Positions 19,959 through 29,937 are shown, counted from the stretch's first letter. The stretch: DNA of 48,583 bases from Bacteroidota bacterium (GCA_024762835.1 JANTGP010000003.1:1-48583), one strand, 5' to 3'. Program-made: numbers and translations. Notes: generated by a model not told the origin, from the sequence alone.

Positions 19959-20074
19959 TGTGTATAGTGCATAAGGGTTTCAGAGGTTTTCGAGCGGTTT
20001 CACCCGTATCAATTTTGGGTAGTGATTTGATAGGTTTGAAGCACGCAATCCTTTACGACACCATACACTCAACG
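19950..20074 (+). repeat. attC-like imperfect palindrome (recombination site)
   Basis: R''-like ACCCAAT. GTGTATAGTGCATAAGGGTT pairs with AATCCTTTACGACACCATACAC with an unpaired base. Inner GCGGTTTCACCCGTATCAA pairs with TTGATAGGTTTGAAGCACGC. Confidence 0.75.
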
Positions 20075-20095
20075 ACAAAAGCTTATCTTGAGCGA

Positions 20096-20956
20096 TTACT
20101 TATCGTAGAAAAGGATTGAGACGTAATCAACAACCTTATCGGAAGGGTAGACTTCACCTGAGTGTCCTCGCTTAAGAATGTGGGCTTTAGGATTATTATT
20201 TGAGAGTTTTGAAAATTCCATCAAGCTCATTATCGGGCCGTAACCGCAGGCCGAAACATTATGCTTTTTAACTTGCTTAAAAACCCCCTTTGTATTCAAT
20301 TTTAGAACTTCATCCAAAACGTAATCGTCCTGTTGCCTGCCAAAATCGGGTTCTTCGTAATGGCTAAAATCAGACGAAGCAATAAACAAAACCTTCTTGC
20401 CGGAATCATTCATGGCTGAATAAACAGCATTAGCCACAAGCTTTGCATTTTCTACATTTTGCTTTTTCATACAAATTGGAACAATGCTAAACTCGTAATC
20501 AAGATAATATCTGAGAAATGGCAGCATTACTTCTGCAGAGTGTTCGTATTTATGAGCTATCCCTGAAAAGGGTAAATCCAACAAAGCGGCAAATTCAATA
20601 TCTACGCTTATGTTCCCAAGTGGACTTTCCCATTCTGTGTTGTCATCAATTGAAATTTCTTCGCCATATCCGGTGTGGTTAGGATTAACAATAACTATTG
20701 TATCAAAAACCTCTTTACCCTGTTTTAGTAATTCAAAAAAATGAATGGCCTGATAAGCTGAAAAAATATAACCGGCGTGAGGAATAACAGCACCAATAAT
20801 ATTGTTATTGGCAAGTGAATAATTAATATTATTTCTTTCGGCAAGAGCTACTTGTGCAATTAAACTTCTTAGCTCTTTTTCATTCGAAGGATAGAATTTT
20901 CCTGCAACAGCAGCCTTTCGTATAAGGCTATTATTTTTATTATTAAAGCTCAACAT
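20096..20956 (-). CDS. amrB: AmmeMemoRadiSam system protein B (MEMO1 family)
   Basis: RKAAVAGKFYP, PHAGYIFS, PNHTG, EHSAEV, ASSDFSHY, SACGYGPI, VVDYVS. Confidence 0.93.
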   Translation of the reverse strand: MLSFNNKNNSLIRKAAVAGKFYPSNEKELRSLIAQVALAERNNINYSLANNNIIGAVIPHAGYIFSAYQAIHFFELLKQGKEVFDTIVIVNPNHTGYGEEISIDDNTEWESPLGNISVDIEFAALLDLPFSGIAHKYEHSAEVMLPFLRYYLDYEFSIVPICMKKQNVENAKLVANAVYSAMNDSGKKVLFIASSDFSHYEEPDFGRQQDDYVLDEVLKLNTKGVFKQVKKHNVSACGYGPIMSLMEFSKLSNNNPKAHILKRGHSGEVYPSDKVVDYVSILFYDK

Positions 20957-21962
20957 AATTGTGATTTAAAATTGCCCGATTACAATACATACATTTTCCG
21001 CTTGAAGCTATTCCCAATAATTGTGTTGAATATCCTGTTCGGGAAATAAGAGTTTTTCCACATGATGGGCAAATGGTGTCACTACCTTTATTTGTTCTAA
21101 TATTTCCCAAATAAACATAATCGAGTTTTTTCCTTGCTCTATCGTAACAATTTTGTAAAGTGTTTAAAGGTGTAACATCTGTTTGCAGCTTATATTGCGG
21201 AAAATATCTTGAGATATGCAAGGGGACATCTTTACCAAGCTCATCTCTAATCCAGCTAATCATATTCTCAAAATCTTTGCAGTCATCATTTAATCCGGGA
21301 ATAATAAGGTTTGTTATTTCCAAATGCTTACCACTTCTTTTTATTGTTTTCAGGTTCTCTTTTACGGGTTCAATCCACGACGAAGTGTATTTCTTGTAAA
21401 AATAATTTGTGAAAGATTTTAAATCAATATTAAAAGCATCGACATAGTTAATGAGCTTGCTTAATGGTTCTTTATTGATAAAAGCATTACTTACCATGAC
21501 TGTTTTTAAGCTTATTTCTTTTGCCTTTTTTGCAACATCAAGCACAAACTCATACCATATCACCGGCTCGTTATACGTAAAAGCAATTCCAATATTTCCG
21601 GCTCTTGATTGTGCTATCTTAATTACCTCATCAGTATCATAATACCTTAACATGGGATACTCTTTTACAGAGTTTTGTGAAATCTCTGAATTTTGGCAAA
21701 AACTGCATTTTAAGTTACATCCAACTGTTCCTATTGAAAGAATCTCCTTAGAAGGAAAAAAGTGATAGAGAGGTTTTTTCTCAACCGGGTCAAAAGCCAT
21801 TGAGCTTACTTGTCCATAGTTTTCGGCGATAAGTTTTCCATCAATATTTCGGCGTACTTTACAAATACCTAATTTGCCATTTGAGATAATACAATTATGT
21901 GGGCACAATAAACATTGTACTTTATTATCTTTATGTTGTTCGTAAAATTCAGCCTCTTTCAT
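20943..21962 (-). CDS. amrS: AmmeMemoRadiSam system radical SAM enzyme
   Basis: CLLCPHNC N-terminus, DPVEKKPLYHF, GCNLKCSFCQN, FTYNEP, YVYLGN, CPSC...CMYC. Confidence 0.95.
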   Translation of the reverse strand: MKEAEFYEQHKDNKVQCLLCPHNCIISNGKLGICKVRRNIDGKLIAENYGQVSSMAFDPVEKKPLYHFFPSKEILSIGTVGCNLKCSFCQNSEISQNSVKEYPMLRYYDTDEVIKIAQSRAGNIGIAFTYNEPVIWYEFVLDVAKKAKEISLKTVMVSNAFINKEPLSKLINYVDAFNIDLKSFTNYFYKKYTSSWIEPVKENLKTIKRSGKHLEITNLIIPGLNDDCKDFENMISWIRDELGKDVPLHISRYFPQYKLQTDVTPLNTLQNCYDRARKKLDYVYLGNIRTNKGSDTICPSCGKTLISRTGYSTQLLGIASSGKCMYCNRAILNHNYVEL

Positions 21963-21970
21963 TTTCTTTA

Positions 21971-21987
21971 AATTTTTAGAAGTCCCC
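21971..21987 (+). repeat. Solo copy of the MITE terminal repeat
   Basis: AATTTTTAGAAGTCCCC is identical over 17 bp to 48563-48579. Confidence 0.7.
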
Positions 21988-21992
21988 GTAAG

Positions 21993-22529
21993 CTAATAGT
22001 AGCGTGTTGCCGTAAAACGGTACATTTTCAAACCGTACAGATTATCTTGAAATATTCCTGCTTTTTGCTTAACAATACGAATTTGTTCCTTTACTGTTTT
22101 AACAGATGGAAGAGCAGGTAACAAAACTCCTTTCCGGAATGAGCCATCTGAAATAATTAGCCCATACTTTGCAGGATTAAGCTCTGACACATCGTTTATT
22201 TCTACGGGAAGAGATAACACATCAACTGAAACTTCAATATCATCAAGTTCAGAAACACTTAGGGGTGAAAAGCGTGAATCTCTTGTGCAAGCCGCTATGG
22301 CATTTTCAATTATCTCAAAATACAGACTTTCTCTAACAGGTTCAATCGTACCAATACAACCACGCAATGAGCTATCTAATAGATGAAGAGTTACAAAACA
22401 AGCTTGCTTGGAGAGTAAGTTTTCCGGAATTTCCGCTTTGTATAAATAAGAAATATCCCGGTTTTTTACTGTGGCATCAATTACCTTGAGTGCAAGTTTT
22501 GTATAAATGCTTTTAGGTTTAAGTGACAT
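21993..22529 (-). CDS. amrA: AmmeMemoRadiSam system protein A (AMMECR1 family)
   Basis: ACFVTL...LRGCIGT, DSRFSP, VSVDVLS, GVLLP. Confidence 0.93.
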   Translation of the reverse strand: MSLKPKSIYTKLALKVIDATVKNRDISYLYKAEIPENLLSKQACFVTLHLLDSSLRGCIGTIEPVRESLYFEIIENAIAACTRDSRFSPLSVSELDDIEVSVDVLSLPVEINDVSELNPAKYGLIISDGSFRKGVLLPALPSVKTVKEQIRIVKQKAGIFQDNLYGLKMYRFTATRYY

Positions 22530-22638
22530 AAATTATTATTTGATAATCAATTTTTGTAAATTTACAAAAAATCAAAATAAGACCAATTCTTTCTCAAACT
22601 TTATGTATTACTTATTTTAACTTTAATAATCTTAAATT

Positions 22639-23136
22639 ATGGAGCACATCATTTATAAAGAATCACAGAAGTTCGGAAAAGCTTTAATTTGGATTGTATG
22701 CGGAAGTTTAACTGCTCTGTTTCTTTGGGCTATTATTCAACAATTGTTATTTGGTATTCCTTTTGGAAACAATCCCATGTCTGATGAAGGTTTATTTCTA
22801 ATGTTAATTATTCCGCTTTTACTTTTTATACTTTTCGTTAAAACTGAATTACAAAGCAGAATAGATGAAGCCGGAATTCATTACCGCTTATTTCCACTTC
22901 AAATAAAAACAAGAGATATAAAGTGGCATGAAATAGAGAAATTGGAAATTAGAAAATACAAAGCACTGAGGGAATTTGGTGGTTATGGTATAAGGATTGG
23001 CTTTTCGAGTAGGGCAATAAATGTAAGAGGTGATACAGGTATTCAGATTACATTTAAAAACGGGAAAAGACTTCTAATTGGTACCCAAAAACCACAAAAG
23101 ATAGAAGAAGTATTAAAGAAACTTGGGAAATTATAA
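22639..23136 (+). CDS. Hypothetical membrane protein (DUF6141-like)
   Basis: Two TM segments around FGNNPMSD; EFGGYGIR; LLIGTQKP. Confidence 0.7.
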   Translation: MEHIIYKESQKFGKALIWIVCGSLTALFLWAIIQQLLFGIPFGNNPMSDEGLFLMLIIPLLLFILFVKTELQSRIDEAGIHYRLFPLQIKTRDIKWHEIEKLEIRKYKALREFGGYGIRIGFSSRAINVRGDTGIQITFKNGKRLLIGTQKPQKIEEVLKKLGKL

Positions 23137-23193
23137 TAATGCAAAACCGAAAAAGAACAAGTATTCGTGCGTAAGTTTATGCTTGACTTGACA

Positions 23194-25107
23194 CTAGAAC
23201 TCTTCTTTATTTATCCAATCGCCATTTTCTTTAATAATCTTAATCAATTCAGATAAGGCATCTTTGGTAGGAATGTTTCTTTTTACAAGACTTTGTTTTT
23301 TATACAATGATATTTTTCCACGCCCCGATCCAACATATCCGTAATCGGCATCAGCCATTTCACCCGGTCCATTCACAATACAACCCATTATCCCAATTTT
23401 CAATGTTTTCAGATGAGACGTTTCAGCTTGAATTTTAGCAGTAACTTCTTGTAAATCGAATAAAGTACGCCCGCAACCCGGGCAAGAGATATATTCTGTT
23501 TTGGTAATACGAATACGGGCAGCCTGTAAAATTCCGAAAGCGACTGAGGCAACTTGCTTATTGCTTATTTCTCTTTTTGCAGAAATCATTATGCCATCGG
23601 CTAATCCGTCGATAAACAATGAACCGAAATCAAAGGATGATTGAATCTGTAAATCTTCAATATCTCTAACAGAATATTGTTTGTGGGGAATTACCGGATG
23701 AAAGCAATTATTCTCATTTAACTTTGAGATTAATGCCTTTTGTTCACCGGTCATATTTTCGTTTTCGCTATCACTTATAAGAACCAGATTTCTTTTATCC
23801 TTTATCTTATTTATCAATTTATCGCTTAAAGCTGATAAAGTGATATTGAGAAAACTAAGCTTAGAATGGTATTCTGATTCAGTAATAAAAGCTGAACTTG
23901 AGTAAATCGGATAAATATTGATTTGTCCTTGATAATGTTTAAGCCAAATATCAAAATCCGAAATAAATGAAATTCCCTTAAAATCCTTTGAGTCAATAAT
24001 GATTGACCCAATGTAAATGTAATCAGGGCATTGGTCGCCGGTTTTATTATATTCCCCATTGATAAAAGAATAACCTAAGCTTATTAAATCTTTATTTTTT
24101 AATTCTTCTAATGAGCTAAAATCAGCAATTACTACAGGAACATTTTTACCTGCTATGTTTAAAACTTCGTATGACTTCCGTCGCGAATAAGAAAATGGAT
24201 TATATGGTAAATGTTCTGTCAGAGAAATTTCTTTATGATTTTCTAAGTTGTCAACACATCTAATTAATTTCTTACAAACAGGAATTTCATTTTCAGGATC
24301 TTCTGTTAATGAAACTCGTATTGTATCGCCAATTCCTTCATTTAGCAAAGTGCCTATACCAACTGAAGATTTTATTCTTCCATCCTCACCTTCACCGGCC
24401 TCGGTAACACCTAAGTGTATTGGAAAATACAAATCTTCGGATTTTATTTGTTTTACAAGAAGACGATTTGCATAGACCATTACCCGGGTATTACTCGATT
24501 TAAGAGAAACAACTACATCGTAAAAATCTTCATCAGCAAGAATTCGTAAAAACTCCATTGTCGATTCAACCATGCCCTGAGGCGTATCGCCATATTTACT
24601 TAGTATTCTGCCGGATAATGAACCATGGTTTGTACCAATACGAATAGCCGTATTATGCTTCTTGCATTTTTTAATCAGAGGGATAAGTCGCTCTCTGATA
24701 TTTTTTAATTCTTGTTTGTATTCACTTTCGCTTAAATTAATTTTATCCGATTTCTTATCATAATAATTTCCCGGATTAATTCTAACCTTATCAACATACT
24801 CAGCTATTTGCTCAGCCAATTCGGGTTTAAAATGCACATCGGCGGATATTGCTTTTTTATAGCCGTCTTTTCTTAACTTATCAATAATTTTAATAATAGC
24901 ATTAGCCTCTTGGGTTGATGGTACGGTTATTCTTACAAGTTCAGCTCCATTGTCGAATATTCTTTTGCATTGCTCAACAGTTAAATCTATTTCTGAATTT
25001 GCTGTGTTTGTCATTGATTGAATACAAATTGAAGAATTGCCGCCTATTGTAGTCTTACCAACTTTTACAATTTGTGTCTTTATCCTGCGATAATTGTAAT
25101 CTGCCAT
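23194..25107 (-). CDS. ispG: (E)-4-hydroxy-3-methylbut-2-enyl-diphosphate synthase, long form
   Basis: IQSMTNT, RINPGN, RIGTNHGSLS, HLGVTEAG, SCPGCGRT...GCIVNGPGE. Start uncertain (25107-25131). Confidence 0.96.
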   Translation of the reverse strand: MADYNYRRIKTQIVKVGKTTIGGNSSICIQSMTNTANSEIDLTVEQCKRIFDNGAELVRITVPSTQEANAIIKIIDKLRKDGYKKAISADVHFKPELAEQIAEYVDKVRINPGNYYDKKSDKINLSESEYKQELKNIRERLIPLIKKCKKHNTAIRIGTNHGSLSGRILSKYGDTPQGMVESTMEFLRILADEDFYDVVVSLKSSNTRVMVYANRLLVKQIKSEDLYFPIHLGVTEAGEGEDGRIKSSVGIGTLLNEGIGDTIRVSLTEDPENEIPVCKKLIRCVDNLENHKEISLTEHLPYNPFSYSRRKSYEVLNIAGKNVPVVIADFSSLEELKNKDLISLGYSFINGEYNKTGDQCPDYIYIGSIIIDSKDFKGISFISDFDIWLKHYQGQINIYPIYSSSAFITESEYHSKLSFLNITLSALSDKLINKIKDKRNLVLISDSENENMTGEQKALISKLNENNCFHPVIPHKQYSVRDIEDLQIQSSFDFGSLFIDGLADGIMISAKREISNKQVASVAFGILQAARIRITKTEYISCPGCGRTLFDLQEVTAKIQAETSHLKTLKIGIMGCIVNGPGEMADADYGYVGSGRGKISLYKKQSLVKRNIPTKDALSELIKIIKENGDWINKEEF

Positions 25108-25185
25108 TTCAATCATTTTATTAAAAAACAAAAATACCTTTATTACTTCATAATTTAACTATCTTTAAAGCTGAAAACTTTATAT

Positions 25186-27516
25186 ATGAAAAGCCGGTAT
25201 AAAAATATACATTATTTGTTTCTCTTAATTCTGTTTCATTCAGGGATTATTGCCCAGCAACAATTTCCGGAAAACGAAATTGTTTTTCAGGATAATATCG
25301 TTCCTCGTATTGATATAATTATAGACAGCGACTCACTCAATCAGATTCTGGCACCCGGTAACGAAGACAGCAATCATGAGTTTCCGGCAACTTTTATTTT
25401 TTCAAATAATAGCTTTATTGATAGTGTGTTTAACGTAGGCTTTCGCTTAAGAGGAAATACTTCGAGATACTCGGCAAAAAAGTCATTTAAAGTTTCGATT
25501 AACAGTTTCGAGAATCAAAAATTCTATAATCTCGAAAAAATTAATATTAATGGCGAGCACAACGACCCCTCAATTATACGAACAAAACTTTGCTTTGATA
25601 TTTTTCGCGATTTTGGAGTAATCGCTTCAAGAGCAAATCATGTACAATTGTATATAAATAATGAATACAAAGGCTTGTATATAAATGTTGAGCATATTGA
25701 CGAAGAGTTTATTAAGCTTCGTTATGGGAATAATAACGGGAACTTGTATAAATGCCTTTGGCCTGCAGATCTTGATTATTTGGGTTCAAATCCCGATTTA
25801 TATAAAGATGCTCCATACGGACACCGAACTTATGATTTAAAAACAAATACGGACGCTGATGATTACAGCGATTTGGCTGAGTTTATTGATATATTGAATA
25901 ATACACCAATAGCTGATTTGCCCGAACAGCTCGAAGAAGTTTTTGATGTTTATACCTATCTTAAATATCTGGCAGTTGAGATTTTTACCGGGCACTGGGA
26001 TGGCTATTCTTATAATATGAATAACTTTTATTTATATGATAATCCCGTGACAGGACTATTTGAGTTTATACCTTATGATGTGGATAATACAATTGGTATT
26101 GACTGGATAGGACGCGACTGGGGTACACGGGATATTAACGACTGGGCTAAACATAACAATCCCCGTCCTTTAACAACACGGATACTTGAAGTTCCTGAAT
26201 ACCATGCACAGTTTAACTTTTTATTTAATAACTTGCTTAACAATGTTGTAAAGCCGGAAATAATTTTCCCGAAGATTGGTTCGCGAAGGAATTTGATTCA
26301 ATTTTTCGTTATTGATGATACATATCACTCGATGGATTATGGCTGGAGTTATCAGGATTTTCAGGATTCTTATCAATTTGATTTGGGAGGACATGTAGAC
26401 TATGGGGTATTGCCATATTTTACTACAAGGTATAATTATGCTGTTTCTCAGCTCGATATTTCTGATATTTCGCCAATTATTTCAAACTTGCAACATAACC
26501 AGCCCGGGCAGAATCAAAATGTTAATATTAAGGTAAGGGTTGAAGATGAAGACCCAAATCCTTTTGTAAGAATATATTACAAGATGAATTCAGAACCATG
26601 GGATTCAACATTGATGTATGATGACGGACAACATTCTGATGTTGGGACTAATGATAATACTTTCGGGGTATTGTTAAGCCCAACAGGCGAAAGCGGCACA
26701 CTCTCAATTTATATTCAGGCAAGTGATAATACCGGTAATATCAGTCGCTTTCCTTTAGCAGGAAATAAAACACTTACTGTTTTTCAAACAAGCGGTATTC
26801 CTCTTTTTATAAATGAGTTTATGGCAAAAAACAACAGTTTCATTTCAGATGAAGCCGGTGAATTTGATGATTGGTTTGAACTATTTAATGGAGGGACAAG
26901 CAGTATTTACCTTGGCGACAAATTTATTACGGATAATATTCTTTCGCCTGATAAATGGCAATTCCCCGACGAAAATTTATGCGCAGGTTGTTTTGTTTTA
27001 TTTTGGGCAGACAATACTGAGTCACAAGGTAATCATCATGCAAACTTTAAGCTTAGTTCCAGTGGAGAGCAATTAATTATCTTCGACACTGACACATCAA
27101 CAGTAATTGACCAAATAGATTTTAGCCTACAACAGGAAGATATTTCATACGGGAGATACCCAAATGGTGTTGGGCCATTTTTGTTTATGCATGAGCCAAC
27201 TCCTGCTTCTTCCAATATGCCTGATGGTATTGAAGAGGAAATTTTACAAAGCCCTGAACTAACAATTTATCCAAATCCTTTTAATTATTTCTGTAATATT
27301 AATTTACCCGATGAGGCAGAATCTAAGCTTTTAATTGAAATTTATAATAGTACGGGAACATTATTGTTTTCGCATGAAACCACAAATAAGAAATTTGTAT
27401 GGGATGGAACAGATTCTTTTAATAGAAAAGTAAGCAGCGGAATTTATTTAATTAAATTAAGATACACTAAGCAAGGTAAAACAGTTATCACAACAGGAAA
27501 ACTGGTAAAACTTTAA
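25186..27516 (+). CDS. T9SS-secreted CotH-family kinase with choice-of-anchor X-like motif and lamin-tail domain
   Basis: GFRLRGNTSR...KKSFK, GLYINVEHID, HWDGY...NNFYLY...IPYDVD; MYDDGQHSD; INEFMA...DWFEL LTD; IYPNPF CTD. Confidence 0.88.
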   Translation: MKSRYKNIHYLFLLILFHSGIIAQQQFPENEIVFQDNIVPRIDIIIDSDSLNQILAPGNEDSNHEFPATFIFSNNSFIDSVFNVGFRLRGNTSRYSAKKSFKVSINSFENQKFYNLEKININGEHNDPSIIRTKLCFDIFRDFGVIASRANHVQLYINNEYKGLYINVEHIDEEFIKLRYGNNNGNLYKCLWPADLDYLGSNPDLYKDAPYGHRTYDLKTNTDADDYSDLAEFIDILNNTPIADLPEQLEEVFDVYTYLKYLAVEIFTGHWDGYSYNMNNFYLYDNPVTGLFEFIPYDVDNTIGIDWIGRDWGTRDINDWAKHNNPRPLTTRILEVPEYHAQFNFLFNNLLNNVVKPEIIFPKIGSRRNLIQFFVIDDTYHSMDYGWSYQDFQDSYQFDLGGHVDYGVLPYFTTRYNYAVSQLDISDISPIISNLQHNQPGQNQNVNIKVRVEDEDPNPFVRIYYKMNSEPWDSTLMYDDGQHSDVGTNDNTFGVLLSPTGESGTLSIYIQASDNTGNISRFPLAGNKTLTVFQTSGIPLFINEFMAKNNSFISDEAGEFDDWFELFNGGTSSIYLGDKFITDNILSPDKWQFPDENLCAGCFVLFWADNTESQGNHHANFKLSSSGEQLIIFDTDTSTVIDQIDFSLQQEDISYGRYPNGVGPFLFMHEPTPASSNMPDGIEEEILQSPELTIYPNPFNYFCNINLPDEAESKLLIEIYNSTGTLLFSHETTNKKFVWDGTDSFNRKVSSGIYLIKLRYTKQGKTVITTGKLVKL

Positions 27517-27540
27517 TAGTGTTTTTGGAACAGTAGCAGC

Positions 27541-29736
27541 CTAATTACCCAATTCAGACATAAATTTTATACGTACCAATCGAATTTCAATTTCAGAATA
27601 TTCATCTTCTCCAAGTTCTTCAAGGGCATCTTCAATAGATTCAGACTCAGCTTCATCTTTAAAATATTCGTAAATATCCTCTTGTTTATCTTCGTCAACA
27701 ACCTGGTCGATATAATAATTGATATTTATTTTTGTTCCTGAATTAACAATTGCTTCAATTTCAGTTAATAGGGCAAGCATGTCTAAGCCTCGAGCATCAG
27801 CAATATCATCAAGAGAACGTTGTCTGTCGATATTTTGGATGATATAAACTTTTAAGCCGGATTTGTTTACAATTGATTTTACAACCATATCCTGAGGTCG
27901 TTCAATCTCATATTCTTCAACATATTTTTTTATTAAAGAAACCATTTCCTCGCCATAGCGTGTTGCCTTACCATGTCCAACTCCTGATATGTTTTTTAAT
28001 TCGTCAATTGTTATAGGATAATTAATTGCCATATCCTCGAGAGAAGGGTCAAGAAAGATAACAAAAGGAGGCAGCTTATGTCTTTGGGCTATTCTTTTTC
28101 TTTGGTCTTTCAACATCGAGAATAAAACAGGATCAACAGTGCTTGTTCCACCACCTGCTCCGTTTGACTTATCATCGAAGTCTTCGTAGTTGTGGTCTTG
28201 AGTGAGCATAAAAGATTTTGGGTCTTTCAGGTACTCATGACCTTTTGGTGTAAGGAAGAGTAAGCCGTAATTCTCAATGTCTTTGTCAATTAGTCCGGCA
28301 ATTAATGCTTGTCTGAAAACGGCATTCCAAAATTTATTATCTTTTTCGCGACCAATGCCAAACTCGGAAATATTGAAATGTCGATATGATTTAACAGCTG
28401 AAGAAAGATTTCCGGAAAGAATATCGGAAACATGGTCTGATTTGAATTTTTCTTTAACAGCAAGTATCACTTCGAGGGCTTTAATCATATATTCTTTACC
28501 TTCGAATTGAGTTTTTGGATTCAAGCAATTATCGCAGTTTCCACAATCATCTTCTTTATAAGTTTCGCCAAAATAATGCAATAGCAATTTTCTTCTACAT
28601 ACCGAAGACTCTGCATATGCAACTGTTTCAAGCAACAATTGTTTCCCAATTTCCTGTTCAGCAACAGGTTTTCCCTGCATGAACTTTTCTAATTTCTGAA
28701 TATCTTTATAGCTGTAGAAGGTAATACATTTACCCTCGCCACCATCACGACCAGCTCTACCCGTTTCTTGATAATATCCTTCTAAGCTTTTAGGTATATC
28801 GTAGTGTATAACATAACGAACATCGGGTTTGTCTATTCCCATTCCAAAAGCAATTGTTGCAACAATTACATCAACTTCTTCGAGCAGAAATTTGTCCTGA
28901 TTACCTGACCTTGTTGCGGAATCCATTCCTGCATGATATGGAAGAGCTTTTATTCCGTTAACCAACAATGTCTCCGCTAATTCTTCAACTTTCTTTCTGC
29001 TTAAGCAATATATTATCCCTGATTTACCGGGATTGTTTTTTATAAACTTTATTATCTCTTTCGATGCATTTTGCTTTGGACGTATTTCGTAATATAAATT
29101 AGGTCTGTTAAATGATGATTTAAAAACATTAGCATCTAAAATCCCAAGATTCTTTTGAATATCGTGCTGAACTTTGGGAGTTGCTGTTGCTGTAAGTGCA
29201 ATAATGGGTGAGCGTCCTATCTCGTTAACTATCGGACGAATTCTTCTGTACTCAGGACGAAAATCGTGTCCCCATTCCGAAATACAATGAGCTTCATCAA
29301 TAGCGTAAAACGAAACGTGTATTTGTTTTAAGAATAAAATATTTTCTTCTTTTGTAAGTGATTCGGGGGCAACATAAAGCAATTTTGTTACTCCACTTAA
29401 CACATCGTTCTTTACCTGTTCAATTTCAATTTTTGTCAATGATGAGTTAAGGAAATGAGCAACTCCGTCTTTCGAGCTGAAGTTACGCATTGAATCAACC
29501 TGATTTTTCATTAATGCTATTAAGGGCGAAATAACAATTGCTGTTCCTTCAAGCATTATAGAGGGTAATTGGTAACATAAAGACTTACCTCCTCCCGTGG
29601 GCATTAAAACAAATGTATCTCTTTTGGCAAGTACATTATTAATTACTTCTTCCTGATTTCCCTTAAAGGTATCAAAGCCGAAGTACTTTTTTAATGATCC
29701 ATATATTGATGTTTTTAATTCAAGTTCTGAATTCAT
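27541..29736 (-). CDS. recQ: ATP-dependent DNA helicase RecQ
   Basis: MPTGGGKS, DEAHCISEWGHDFRP, QETGRAGRDG, Zn-binding CRR...CGNCDNC, RQC and HRDC domains. Confidence 0.97.
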   Translation of the reverse strand: MNSELELKTSIYGSLKKYFGFDTFKGNQEEVINNVLAKRDTFVLMPTGGGKSLCYQLPSIMLEGTAIVISPLIALMKNQVDSMRNFSSKDGVAHFLNSSLTKIEIEQVKNDVLSGVTKLLYVAPESLTKEENILFLKQIHVSFYAIDEAHCISEWGHDFRPEYRRIRPIVNEIGRSPIIALTATATPKVQHDIQKNLGILDANVFKSSFNRPNLYYEIRPKQNASKEIIKFIKNNPGKSGIIYCLSRKKVEELAETLLVNGIKALPYHAGMDSATRSGNQDKFLLEEVDVIVATIAFGMGIDKPDVRYVIHYDIPKSLEGYYQETGRAGRDGGEGKCITFYSYKDIQKLEKFMQGKPVAEQEIGKQLLLETVAYAESSVCRRKLLLHYFGETYKEDDCGNCDNCLNPKTQFEGKEYMIKALEVILAVKEKFKSDHVSDILSGNLSSAVKSYRHFNISEFGIGREKDNKFWNAVFRQALIAGLIDKDIENYGLLFLTPKGHEYLKDPKSFMLTQDHNYEDFDDKSNGAGGGTSTVDPVLFSMLKDQRKRIAQRHKLPPFVIFLDPSLEDMAINYPITIDELKNISGVGHGKATRYGEEMVSLIKKYVEEYEIERPQDMVVKSIVNKSGLKVYIIQNIDRQRSLDDIADARGLDMLALLTEIEAIVNSGTKININYYIDQVVDEDKQEDIYEYFKDEAESESIEDALEELGEDEYSEIEIRLVRIKFMSELGN

Positions 29737-29937
29737 TTTGCTATTACATTTTAATATTACTGAAAAAGCATTTATTCTTATTATTTAAATATTAACATGA
29801 TTATGAATGCTTTTTAAATACCTTAGTAAAAATAAAAAAGATATACTAAATAACCAAACTTATGTTGTGTGTAATTCTTAAAAAATGTTTAAGGTCGTTT
29901 ATTTATAATATTTATACTTAAGCAAAAGCATCCAATA

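Larger units (their letters stand above)
19350..20074 (+). mobile_element. Solitary integron-like gene cassette (one gene plus attC-like site), no integrase nearby
   Basis: Starts G|TTGGGTTGCATAC (19349-19362), complementary at 12/14 positions to GTACGCAACCCAAT (19943-19956) at the gene end. A long imperfect hairpin follows and ends ...CAACG at 20074. Confidence 0.75.

Noticed and set aside
29763-29815. AAAAAGCATT / AATGCTTTTT inverted repeat upstream of recQ
   Set aside because: AT-rich 10-bp arms with a long loop; cannot be called a terminator or operator with confidence.
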